Source: Octopus vulgaris (taxonomy: Eukaryota). From it: a DNA stretch of 64,000 nt. The notes under the pieces are model-generated. The model searched no databases. It had not been told where the DNA came from and was given only the letters and a program-made list of their open reading frames with translations. Positions 1 through 12,056 of this stretch are shown here, one piece after another; within the stretch, counting starts at the first letter, position 1; every line of letters begins with the position of its first letter. The stretch lies in the NCBI GenBank assembly GCA_951406725.2, contig OX597820.1, positions 35,774,001 through 35,838,000 of the forward strand, in the 5' to 3' direction. A program made the position numbers and the translations under genes.

Positions 1-760
1 CCATCCACTATTAACACACCGACTCACACTCCTACCTTAACTTCTCCTACTCCCACCCTACCCGCACCAAGCTCTCCATCCCCTACTCCCAATTCCTCCG
101 TCTGCGCAGGCTCTGCAGTAACAACCAAGACTTTAAGACTCAGTCTCAACTCGTGCCTCGCCACTTCATTCTTCGTGGATATCCATTCACCAACATCCAT
201 ACAGCCCTTGCCAGGGCGCAATCTGTGGGCCGTGCCTCTGCTCCCTTTCCCTGAGCCCGCCCCACCGTTACCCGTCTCCCGTTTCCACTCTTATACCATC
301 CCTCTAGCCTGCCCCTCCAACGCACTATTCTCCGAGCCTTCCGCGACTCCAGTCGACCTCTCCATCTCACACATTTTTCCCAACCTACCTTATCCCTCCT
401 TCCCTAACCCCACCTCACAGCCTGGATCGTTCTCCTGCTCCTGCCCATGATGCCGTGTCTGGCCCTACCTCTCCATCACTACCATCCTCACAAGCACCCA
501 TCATCGTTCCCATCATTTCACCGACTCCTTTACCTACACTTCCAGCAACGTCATTTACTGCATCTCCCGCTCTTTCTGCCCTTCTCTGTACATTGGTCAA
601 ACGGGATGTCGCTTAGCTAACTGGTTCGTGGAGTACCTCCGAGACACAGACTCTGAGTTCGGATTGTCTTTGCACAGAAGTCATCCGGTCTCCCGTCTTC
701 GTCGTGAACAGAAATTATCTTTTCCCTTCGCTCCTTTGCGCCACATGGGCTCAACTACCC
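1..760 (+). pseudogene. Decayed Penelope-like (Neptune-type) retroelement ORF: RT thumb plus GIY-YIG endonuclease
   Basis: Frame from nt 3 reads IHY*HTDSHSYLNFSYSHPTRTKLSIPYSQFLRLRRLCS...FILRGYP. After a frameshift it reads PFPLLYHPSSLPLQRTILRAF, then GSFSCSCP*C...FTYTSSNVIYCISRSFCPSLYIGQTGCRLANWFVEYLRD and RLRREQKL..PHGLN. These match PLE RT C-terminal and GIY-YIG motifs, with stops and frameshifts. Confidence 0.9.
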
Positions 761-1059
761 TCCTTTCTTCATCTGACACTTCCTCTATTCACCTCTCTTC
801 ATTGATACCCACCCCGGCCCCACACCCACTCCCCACACTCTCTCGAACACCCTAACTACCACACCACCGCACCACACCACTCCACACACACTAGCACCGA
901 CCACTTCCCAGCACTTAAACCACACACCCACACACAGTCTTCAATAGTGTTACCACACATACCACTACATGAGCAGCCACAGGTTACAGACTCACATACT
1001 TACAGAACCACACACGTCAAGGTCACTAGTCCCTATCCAAATACACACACTTGGGGGAA

Positions 1060-1383
<324 letters not shown>

Positions 1384-1462
1384 GGTCCCGGGTTGAGTCG
1401 GGGTTAACCACAGTAAATAAGGTACTCAATACATAGCAGAGTAAATTAATTTATTTTATAGA

Positions 1463-1513
1463 AGCTTCCTGATGATTTCTTTTGAATGAAACAGCTCTAG
1501 TCCTGTAGAAGCT
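1463..1513 (+). ncRNA. Type I hammerhead ribozyme motif, canonical core
   Basis: agcttc-CTGATGA-tttcttttgaat-GAAA-cag ctctagtc ctg-TA-gaagct. Stem I agcttc/gaagct, stem II ttc/gaa, stem III cag/ctg, GUA cleavage triplet. Confidence 0.8.
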
Positions 1514-1528
1514 CCTTCTATAAAATAA

Positions 1529-1585
<57 letters not shown>

Positions 1586-2119
1586 TGTATATATACTTCC
1601 TCATAACTTAGCGGTTCGGCCCAGATCCGATAGATTAAGTAACAACACACACACACACACAAGGGCACGTACTATGATTGTCCCGGATGTCATGCAAAAG
1701 TGTGCATAACTTGTCTATTAAATGATGCATGTTATTCAAAATGAACGTATTGGTAGAATATGTCTTCCTCCACAGGGACTGTTTCACTGCAGTAACTTTT
1801 CTTCCTGCTCTTCGTCATTAATAGTGATTAACTTCAAGAAATTAGATGCAATTATTGGGAATAATAGTCGCATTAATTACACAAGTATGTTATGTTTTTG
1901 CTATTTTATAAATGTATTGAAATATCAATTCTAAGTAGATTTAATTATACATGCGGGAGATGGGGTCATTTTAGGGCGACGTTTACTACTGCGAAGCATA
2001 ACTGAGAAGCACAAAATAATAACACCATAAAATCGGTAAGGTTCTGGTACCATACGTTGTAGGGCTCAGCTGAGTTTATAAAGTAACAAAAATATTTGGG
2101 TATTGTTTGACCATGAATA

Positions 2120-2215
2120 GAAAATAGAGTCAGTTTTGTTATATGCTGCTGAAACTTGAACCCTCACCAAAAAACTTGAAAAACAAATAGAGAAGTGCTA
2201 CATTAAGCTAAAATG
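2120..2215 (+). mobile_element. RTE-like LINE RT fragment
   Basis: Translates IESVLLYAAET*TLTKKLEKQIEKCY, resembling the RTE VLLYGxETWTL motif. Confidence 0.6.
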
Positions 2216-2491
2216 CCCAAATGACAACAATGTTCGTCAAATTAAACGCTAAATATTATAGCTTTAGGAATGCATCAACATTTTGTCAACAAACTTTTGA
2301 AAGCAGCGAATGCGTTTCGTATTTTTACAAATAAAAAAAGTAATATTTCGAACGCGGTCTAGCCTTGAAAACGGCAGAAAGATTGGGTATTTTACTGTCA
2401 TATTCGGTACAAAGCCACATACACACACACGCACAAACACTCAACGTATTACCTAGTTATCTGGGCGTACAGCTGGAGATCAAAATATGTA

Positions 2492-2571
<80 letters not shown>

Positions 2572-2582
2572 ATATATATATG

Positions 2583-2614
<32 letters not shown>

Positions 2615-2619
<5 letters not shown>

Positions 2620-2900
2620 TATTATAAAAGGCAGATTTTATCTGCCTCCCTTTGGGAGTTATACAAATCTACAATATAGGATTTCTTCAATTACAATTTA
2701 CCTAGCAATTTTAAGAGTACAATGCATCGCGTCATGCCAGGTCCAGTTTTTAAAATTTAAACTCCAATTAAGCAAAATTTACAGAAAACTCATATTCTGG
2801 TGTGTGTGTCAAATGCTTTTCTTAGTCTGGTTTACACCACACGCAAACGCACACACACAGTGGGCAGCGAATAAAATGAAAGTAATTCACTTACTGTAGT
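2615..2900 (+). mobile_element. Non-autonomous Helitron-like 5' segment (second copy at 21770-21979, minus strand)
   Basis: Starts a|TCtcttattataaaaggcagattttatctgcc; a near-identical reverse-complement copy lies at 21770-21979. Confidence 0.55.
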
Positions 2901-3028
2901 GAGTGATTCTTTCACTCTGCCTCCCACTTCCTCTTTCAACACAGACACGCAAATATATAAATAAAATTGTAAGCTAACGTGCGTGTGTGTGTGTGTGCGC
3001 GCGCGTGTGTGTGTGTGAGGGTGAGCGC

Positions 3029-3060
<32 letters not shown>

Positions 3061-3110
3061 GCGTGAGTGTGTGACAGGAAAGTTTTTTACGACGAATATA
3101 AGTAGCAGAA

Positions 3111-3805
3111 AGATAAGACAGTAAGGTGTGATTTGAGGGAGATTTGGCTGCTATTTCTACCATGTCTAGCTGCCATGTAGGGGTCTCCCTCATAGGCTCA
3201 TACATACATATATACATAGATAAGACAGTAAGGTGTGATTTGGGGGAAATTTGGCTGCTATTTCTACCAGGTCTAGCTGCCATGTAGGGGTCTCCCTCAT
3301 AGGCTCATACATACATATATACATAGATAAGACAGTAAGGTGTGATTTGGGGGAAATTTGGCTGCTATTTCTACCAGGTCTAGCTGCCATGTAGGGGTCT
3401 CCCTCATAGGCTCATACATACATATATACATAGATAAGACAGTAAGGTGTGATTTGGGGGAAATTTGGCTGCTATTTCTACCAGGTCTAGCTGCCATGTA
3501 GGGGTCTCCCTCATAGGCTCATACATACATATATACATAGATAAGACAGTAAGGTGTGATTTGGGGGAAATTTGGCTGCTATTTCTACCAGGTCTAGCTG
3601 CCATGTAGGGGTCTCCCTCATAGGCTCATACATACATATATACATAGATAAGACAGTAAGGTGTGATTTGGGGGAAATTTGGCTGCTATTTCTACCAGGT
3701 CTAGCTACCATGTAGAGGTCCCCCTCATTGGCTCATATATATATACATACATAAGACAGTAAGGTGTGATTTGAGGGAGATTTGGCTGCTGTTTCTACCA
3801 GGTCT
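3111..3805. repeat. 107-bp tandem repeat, about 6.5 copies
   Basis: Unit agataagacagtaaggtgtgatttgggggaaatttggctgctatttctaccaggtctagctgccatgtaggggtctccctcataggctcatacatacatatatacat. The ORF track shows identical ORFs offset by 107 nt. Confidence 0.97.
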
Positions 3806-4135
3806 GTTAGGCCTTCTCATGTAAACTCAAGCTTTCTTATGCCTTGAACATAAGACCAAAGCAGAGAATGTATTCTTTTATTCTTCTGCTTTTTCCAGCC
3901 ATTGGTCTGTGGCCATGCTGGGGCAATGCCTTGAAGAATTGTAGTTTAATGAATCAACTCCAGTTTTATTTTTGTAAGCATTGTACTTATTCTATCTGTT
4001 TCCACTAGGTGACAGGGATGTAAACAAACCAACATTCGTTGTCAAGCAGTGGTGGAGGACAATCACAAGCACAGACACGCACACACACACACATACATGC
4101 ATACATACATATATATATATGTGTGTATATATATA

Positions 4136-4394
4136 TTGCAGCGTGGAAGGTGTTTGTAAGCCATTTAAGAAACACACAAAAACCGTTACATTCACTTCAA
4201 CATTTAAATTTCATTTGCCAAAATATTTTCGTCGCTTTGAGACCGCGACCTGTTCACTGACAAAAATATCGTGCTAACAGGTCGCGGTCTCAAAGCGACG
4301 AAAATATTTTGACAAATTAAATTTAAATGTTGAAGTGAATCTAACGGTTTTTGTGTGTTTCTTAAATGGCTTATAAACACCTTCAACGCTGCAA
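4136..4394. mobile_element. Inverted PLE-type terminal-repeat pair (arms 4136-4254 and 4276-4394)
   Basis: Near-perfect inverted arms of about 119 bp with a 21-bp spacer. Contains an HHR; a third copy of the arm is at 39581-39697. Confidence 0.85.
4214..4264 (-). ncRNA. Minimal hammerhead motif with G3-C8 swapped core
   Basis: Minus strand: tttgtca-GTGAACA-g-gtcgc ggtctcaaa gcgac-GAAA-atat-TT-tggcaaa. Confidence 0.7.
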
Positions 4395-4465
4395 CTGTTT
4401 TCGTTCCAGCACACGATCTCAGATCAAGTCACTTGCTATGCAAGTACATCTCTGTAACTATTTAT

Positions 4466-4522
<57 letters not shown>

Positions 4523-4585
4523 TGTTAAAAACAGTAAGATAACAAAAGAAAGAAAGAGACCTCAATATTATGTAAATAGAGGAAA

Positions 4586-4979
4586 TCTTTATATATAAAA
4601 GTGAGGTTGTGTGTCTGTCTCCTACGATTTAGATTCCTAACTACTCCCACATTTTGCGGTGCAGTTTAACCAAAAGCGGGTATCTTATAGTCGTGATTCA
4701 TATCGAGACCGTCTGGGTATTAGCGCGCGTCTACGATGAGTCTACGATTTAAAAAAAAAATTACCATCAATTTTTCCCATTTTTAATCCATTTTTGACAT
4801 ATATAAGGGAAGTAACTCTCTAAAATTTATTATTAAATCTCAGAACGTAAAAAGCTACAGTAACACCCCTCCCCCTTTGTGGTTAGCCATATTGAGATGG
4901 CTATTATACTTTACATCTCTAAAAATGCTTATATAATTATTTCCCTTACAAACCCGAGCAACGCCGGGCGATACTGCTA

Positions 4980-4980
<1 letters not shown>
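4586..4980 (+). mobile_element. Non-autonomous Helitron
   Basis: A|TC 5' end, subterminal hairpin cccgagcaacgccggg, CTAG|T 3' end; sister copy at 20503-20887. Confidence 0.85.
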
Positions 4981-5019
<39 letters not shown>

Positions 5020-5369
5020 CTGAAGAAAAACCATCAAAACTGGATACATCTCCGGAAACGGAAACAAAAGCATAACTTGCAAGACTACCCCATGTTGTGT
5101 TTGGTCGAAACTGATCTAAGTTATAGTCAAGAGCCTCACCAATCGTCACTTTTACTTGCAAAATCAACCCAGAGACACACATACATACACACACATACAT
5201 GCACGCACACGCAAACACATGCACGCACGCACGCACATACACATGGTTTATCTTAGCTGATCTAATGGCCTGCTACTCAGGAATTTCAGCGAACTGTTCC
5301 CGGATATATGTATATATATATATGTGTATATATATATATATATATAGTCAAACATGCACACACATAAAA

Positions 5370-5411
<42 letters not shown>

Positions 5412-5593
5412 CTCTCTCTCTTTCTCGCTCGCTCTTTTTCTTTCTCTCTCTTTCTCTCACACACACACACACACACACATACACACACATACACACACAT
5501 ATATACATGGTCCAGTGGCCTGCTACTTTTGTGTTTCCTCGGACGTATTCCAAATATACACACAAACACTCTCTCCCGCTTTTCCCACTCTAT

Positions 5594-5652
<59 letters not shown>

Positions 5653-5669
5653 ACTCACTCACTCACACA

Positions 5670-5726
<57 letters not shown>

Positions 5727-5945
5727 CCACAAATAAACAAATAAACAAACCTGTTCGGTAATATGCATTTCACGAAATGTGTAACAAACCATTGTTTCTT
5801 TGAAACAGATAAAAATTCATGTAAATCAGATACGAGACGAAAAAAATCACATTTATATCTACGTAGAACGAGGCAAATATGACGTGTGACGTATGCGTAC
5901 TATGTAGCTTTGCGTATATTATATCATAGTATATATTATATATAT

Positions 5946-6303
5946 ATAATAGTTATCGCCAAGCTAATATGGCAGTCCATAAATATAGGACGAAAGCTGC
6001 CGTTGATTAGCTCCAAGAGGCCATCGCCTCTTGCTAGCTATGTGACACACGAACCTGTGTCCATTATAACCTTCGAACAGGGGAGGTCAGCCGCTTCCCC
6101 TTGCTGGTCAAGCATCTGCAGACATGTTTCAGGGTATTTGCCCTTTATGAATGCTGAGTAGCCGAACCCAGCAAGTGTCGCTAATGATCGTCTGTTCAAA
6201 GGATTATTTACCTAAATATAGTGGAATACATCCACTGGTTTCCACTAATCAACGGTAGCTTTCGTCCTATATTTATGGACTGCCATATTAGCTTGGCGAT
6301 AAC

Positions 6304-6309
<6 letters not shown>
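5946..6309. mobile_element. PLE-type fragment with inverted ends of about 65 bp (5946-6010 and 6245-6309)
   Basis: Inverted arms are directly visible; internal HHR-like motif at 6118-6154. Confidence 0.7.
6118..6154 (-). ncRNA. Degenerate minimal HHR (U3-A8 type, G5 mutated)
   Basis: Minus strand: gca-TTCATAA-aggg caaata ccct-GAAA-catg-TC-tgc. Confidence 0.55.
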
Positions 6310-6388
<79 letters not shown>

Positions 6389-6817
6389 TGTATATATACA
6401 TACACAAAAAGAGAGAGTGTGTCGTGTGCGTGAAAAGCGGTGTTGATGACCATAGTGCTAGTGGTGGTGGCAGCGATGACCACGACATCAACGACGGCAG
6501 CCATATAGAAGACGACGACGACGGTGACTTTTAGTTGAGCCATATTTTCCTCTCTAAATAATATTGAAGAAGAATTTCACCAACGACATCACACCACACT
6601 AAGTGGTTCGCACGAGTTTTTTTCTCACTTCAACGTCATTGCCATCTCAAGGACCTATTGTTGCTTTTTATTGCTTTTTGCTGCTTATTTTTTCACTTTG
6701 CATTCGTGAAGGTTTGAAGGAGCATTTTCGTGTATTTGTCAGTATCTGCGGTTTTACTTTTTTATTAGCTTTGTTTCTTTAATTTCTATTTTCTCCTGTT
6801 CATTATCATTATTATTG

Positions 6818-7137
6818 TGAGGGTGCGTGGCTTAGTGGTTAGGGCATTCGGCTCATGATCGTAAGGTTGTGAGTTCGATTCCCGGCGACGCGTTGTGTCC
6901 TTGAGCAAGACACTTTATTTCACGTTGCTCCAGTCCACTCAGCTGGCAAAAATTAGTTGTACTTGTATTTCAAAGGGTCAGCCTTGTCACTCTCTGTGTC
7001 ACGCTGATTATCCCCGAGAACTACGTTAAGGGTACACGTGTCTGTGGAATGCTCAGCCATTTGCACGTTAATTTCACGAGCAAGCTGTTCCGTTAATCGT
7101 ATCAGCTGGGACCCTCGTCGTCGTAACCGGCGGAGTC
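6818..7137 (+). mobile_element. tRNA-derived SINE family C (related copies at 17730-17900 -, 49985-50215 +, 50260-50545 +, 52642-52980 -)
   Basis: A box tggcttagtggttag, B box gagttcgattccc, core tgtgtccttgagcaagacac, tail cgtcgtcgtaaccg; repeated in the window. Confidence 0.85.
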
Positions 7138-7160
7138 TTATTTTAATCATTATTATTATA

Positions 7161-7795
7161 AAGGCAGCGAGCTGGCAGAATTGTTAGCACGCCGAGCAAA
7201 ATGCTCAGCGCTATTTCGTCTACTGCTACATTCCACCGAGGTCGACTTTGCCTTTCATCCTTTCGGGGTCGATGAAAGAAGTGCAAGTTGAACACTTGGT
7301 GTTGAGGTGGTCGACTTACCCCATCCCCACAAATTTCAGGCCTTGTGCCTATAGTAGAACGGATTATTATCGTTATTATTACAAAGGCGGCGATATGCTT
7401 AGCAAGTATTTCGTCTGCCGCTACGTTCTGAGTTCAAATTCCGCCGAGGTCGACTTTGCCATTCATCCTTTCGGGATCGATAAATTAAGTACCAGTTACG
7501 CACTGGAGTCGATGTAATCGACTTAATTCGTTTGTCTATCCTTGAATGTCCCCTCTATGTTTAGCCCCTTGTGCATGGTAAAGAAATAGGTATTTTGTCT
7601 ATACGTTCTGAGTTCAAAATGCTTAGCTGTATTTCGCCCTTCGCTACGTTCTGAGTTCAAATTCCGCCGTGGTCGACTTTGTCTTTCATCATTTCGGGGT
7701 CAATAAAGTAAGTACCAGTTGCATACAGGAGGTCGATATAATTTACTGGCCCTTTCCCCAAAATTACAGGCTTTGTGCCTTTAGTAGAAATGATT
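7161..7795 (+). mobile_element. SINE family A multimer
   Basis: Head aaggcggcgagctggcagaa..gttagcacgcc, B-box-like gagttcaaattcc, central gaggtcgactttgcctttcatcctttcggggtcgataaa repeated several times. Confidence 0.9.
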
Positions 7796-7874
7796 ACTAT
7801 CGTTATTATTTATGTAATTATTTAGTTTCAAACTCAAAACAATAACCATATTAAAGTCACGTAAAATATTCTTT

Positions 7875-8427
7875 ATTACTCTAGGCACAAGACCCAAAGT
7901 TTCTGGGGAGGGGGCCAGTCGATTAGATCGATCCCAGTACGCAACTGCTATCAACCCCGAAAGGATGAAAGGCAAAGTCGACCTCGGCGAAATTTGAATT
8001 CAGAACGTAAAGACAAACGAAATACCTATTTCTTTACTACCCACAAGGGGCTAAACACAGAGAGGACAAACAAGGGCAGACAAACGGATTAAGTCGATTA
8101 TATCGACCCTATTGCGTAACTGGTACTTATTTAATCGACCCAGAAAGGATGAAAGGCAAAGTCGACCTCAGCGGAACTTGAACTCAGAGCGTAGCGGCAG
8201 ACCAAATACCTATTTCTTTACTATCCACAACGGGTTAAACACAGAGAGGACAGACAAACGGATTAAGTCGATTATATCGACTCCAGAGCGTAACTGGTAC
8301 TTAATTTATCAACCCCGAATGGATGAAAAGCAAAGTCGACCTCGGCAGAATTTGAACTCAACGTAAAGGCAGACGAAATACTGCCAAGTATTCGCCCAGA
8401 GTGCTAACGTTTCTGCCTGCTCGCCTT
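7875..8427 (-). mobile_element. SINE family A trimer, inverted relative to 7161-7795
   Basis: Reverse complement of the same modules. Confidence 0.9.
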
Positions 8428-8461
8428 GGTCACGTAAAATATTGTTGCATAGAAATATTAC

Positions 8462-8554
<93 letters not shown>

Positions 8555-9278
8555 ACACCACACTCACACACATTGTACTAGTATGTGTTAAGTACTTTGA
8601 GAACGCTATTAGATGTTATTTGTAACCTCTTAACATCTTGTGAATATTAAGTGTTCTGAATTCATCTAAGGTACAGTCAGAACTGCTCTTGTTTTCTATT
8701 GCCGTGAGAAGTAGTTTTCTTGTATAGGGGAGGGGGTAGTTGGTTTGCATTTTTCTTTTTCTAACCGACTTTTAATTAGATTATTAAATATAATGCCAGA
8801 TTTTACATCATTTCCGGATTAATCCGGAGACAACAACTAAGACTTGTTTAATTTTCCTAAATTGCTATAAATTTTCCATCGCAACTGTTAAGCAAACATA
8901 TGTATCTTTGTTGTGTGCGTACGTATGTGTGTATGTGTATAAATATGAGTGTGTGTTTGGATGTGTGTGTATAAATATGAGTGTGTATTTCGATGTGTGT
9001 GCGTGAATAGAGACACTCACATACATTCACACACACACACACACATTCTTTTATTCATTTACTTGTTTCAGTTATTTGACTGCGGCCATGCTGGAGCACA
9101 GCTGTCATGGTTTTTAGTCGAAAAAATCGACCCTAGGACTTATTCTTTGTAAGCCTATTACTTAACTTATCGGTCCCTTTTGCCAGACCGCTAATGTCGC
9201 GGGGACGTAAACACACCAACGTCGGTTGTCAAGTGGTGATGGGTGGACAAACACAGACACAAAAATACACACACACAT

Positions 9279-9310
<32 letters not shown>

Positions 9311-9351
9311 GTAGGTAGGTAGGTAGGTAGGTAGGTAGGTAGGTAGGTAGG

Positions 9352-9421
<70 letters not shown>

Positions 9422-9496
9422 TGTTTCTTTATTAGCCACACAGGGCTGCACACAGATAGAACAAATTACAAGGTAGAGCTTTTCTTTTGAAGGTTT

Positions 9497-9560
<64 letters not shown>

Positions 9561-9684
9561 TACACATACGACGGGCTTCTTTCAGTACATACAAGGATAC
9601 AAACATACGTACACATACGTACGTACATATATACGTACGTAAGTACATACATATATACATATAAAGATACGCACACACACACAC

Positions 9685-9724
<40 letters not shown>

Positions 9725-10546
9725 GACGGGCTTCTTTTAGTTTCCGTCTACCAAATCTACTCACAAGTGTTTTGTCGGCTCCAGGCTTTTGTAGTGGGAT
9801 TGAACTCGAAAGCATGAGATTGAGAAGCAAGCTTTTTACCTCACAGCTACGCCTCCGTATATGTATATACCTACATACATATATACATACAAAGTACGGG
9901 GATTTAGTTCACAGAGGATCTAAACGAGTAGGTACACAAGGTAAGTGCTTGCCAATCTTTAATTTACTCCCTCACTCTCTCTACCTCTCTTTCTATTTTT
10001 TTTTCTTTTTACCATTTAATAGCCACTTCCGCTTCCATTCCATTATTGAACGTTCATTGGTTCGCGTCTATTTCTGGATATTTACACTATTACGCTGCCA
10101 TATTTTATAAACATTTTTTATGGCAGAAACGTTAGCACGCCGGGCGAAATGCGTAGCCGTATTTCATCTGTCGTTACGTTCTGAGTTCAAATTCCGCCGA
10201 GGTCGTCTTTGCCTTTCATCCTTTCGGGGTCGACAAATTAAGTACCAGTTACGCACTAGAGTCGATGTAATCGACTTAATCCCTTTGTCTGTCCTTGTTT
10301 GTCCCCTCTATGTTTAGCCCCTTGTGGGCAATAAAGAAATAATATTTACACTATTAGGACTTTAATCTACATCGATTTACACAGGATTGCACCTAAGGAT
10401 TTATGGACTTACTTCTACATGATCGGAAAGCTGAACTGTGAACTTTTATGGTTCTTTTTTCTTCTCTTTCTTCATATCCTTATTCCTTTCTCCTGTCCTC
10501 TGTGTCGTCATTTAATTAATCTATGCTCTTCTCATTTTCCCTATTT

Positions 10547-10602
10547 GTCTTCGATGACGGAATAACCCATATTCTGATATATCCCAGAAACAGGTGTAAA
10601 AC
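10547..10602 (+). ncRNA. Degenerate HHR in a PLE fragment (family of 29774/30097)
   Basis: gtct-TCGATGA-cggaataacccatattctgatatatccca-GAAA-caggtg-TA-aaac. Confidence 0.45.
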
Positions 10603-10717
10603 TTTGAATTTTTCCAATAATGATAACGTATAAAGTCGAAGAAATAAGTACCGGTTGAACACTGTGATCGATGTAATCAACTTATCCCCTCCTCCAAAAT
10701 TGCTGCCCTTGTGGTAC

Positions 10718-11232
10718 AAAGAAGATTGACTCGATGCAAAAGATGGGCTACTGGGAGAGGCTAAAGAAGCTGAATCTCTATTCTCTGGAGAGAAGATCAG
10801 AGAGATATGTGATGATATCTATTTGGAAAATCTTGGAGGGTTTAGCTACCAATTTTGTAATTGACAGCCATGCTAGTCCCTGAATTGGACAGCACTGCAT
10901 CGTACCAAAGATCCCGTCTTATCCATCTAAAATATGGACACATACTGCAATAATCTGGGTTCCAAGGGCCTGCAATTGTTCAACATCCTGCAAGGCAACC
11001 ATAGAGATTTACATGGTATTGATGTGGTAGTTTTCAAGGAACGTCTGGACAGGTTTCTATCTGAGATATCAGATAGGTTTCTATCTGAGATACAGATCAC
11101 AGCAGGAGACACACAAAAAAGAGTAGCTCCGTCCAACTCACTACTTCACCAAAAATAATGCCGGAAACAAAACCGAGTAACTACAGGTGGTGCACCAGCA
11201 TGACCTCAACCCTGGGCTGAAACCAATAAAAG

Positions 11233-11233
<1 letters not shown>
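10718..11233 (+). mobile_element. CR1/L2-group LINE 3' end (RT C-terminus plus 3' tail)
   Basis: KKIDSMQKMGYWERLKKLNLYSLERRSERYVMISIWKILEG..GLQLFNIL..VFKERLDRFL; ends ggtggtgcaccagcatgacc..gctgaaaccaataaaag. Confidence 0.85.
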
Positions 11234-11315
<82 letters not shown>

Positions 11316-11320
11316 AAAAC

Positions 11321-11402
11321 CCTAACCGTCGTGATTTGAACTAACGCAGAGAGACCCCACAGGATTAGCAGTCCACTGCCTTAACCACTCGGACACCTCG
11401 TC
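11321..11402 (-). pseudogene. tRNA-Ser(GCT)-derived pseudogene
   Basis: Minus strand GACGAGGTGTCCGAGTGGTTAAGGCAGTGGACTGCTAATCCTGTGGGGTCTCTCTGCGTTAGTTCAAATC resembles eukaryotic tRNA-Ser(GCT), but the 3' acceptor strand does not pair. Confidence 0.75.
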
Positions 11403-11447
11403 TTCTTGTAGCAAGTGCATGTATATATATGTATGTATGTATGTATG

Positions 11448-11490
<43 letters not shown>

Positions 11491-11618
11491 ATGTATGTAT
11501 GTATGTATGCATGTATGTATGTCTACATAAATAAGTATATGTGTATATGCATGCATACCTGTACAAATGTATACATACTATCTATATGTATGCACACACA
11601 TGCATACATATAGACAAA

Positions 11619-11820
11619 CAGGTTGTCCCAAAAGTTCCCAACAGTGTCAAAGATATATAATATTTCATTGTTAAAATATTTCAAGTAAATTTTAATTAAA
11701 TTTCTATCACCAAAGGGTTTCAAAATCTAATTATCTTTAATCTAATTAATTTTGAATATTTTAACACTAAGAAATGTTATTAGATTTTTTATATTCCTCG
11801 GGGCTTTTGGGACATCCTAT

Positions 11821-11821
<1 letters not shown>
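11619..11821. mobile_element. Tc1/mariner-type MITE
   Basis: Imperfect TIRs caggttgtcccaaaagttccc / gggcttttgggacatcctata; a related end lies at 15335-15358. Confidence 0.55.
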
Positions 11822-11861
<40 letters not shown>

Positions 11862-12025
11862 TACATACATACATACATACATTTGTGAGTGTGTGTGTGT
11901 ATGAGAGAGAGAGAGAGAGAGAATGTATAAGAGTGAGTGTGTATGTATATGTGTATGTGTGTGTGTATGTATATATATATATATATATATATATACATTA
12001 TGTATATATATATATACATATTATG

Positions 12026-12056
<31 letters not shown>

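Noticed and set aside
3111-3805. CRISPR-like array or repeated 66-aa ORFs
   Set aside because: Units are fully identical with no unique spacers, there are no cas genes, and the context is eukaryotic.
5958-6011. gtcc..ggac-GAAA-gctgcc as a hammerhead
   Set aside because: There is no CUGANGA-like core; it folds as a simple bulged hairpin.
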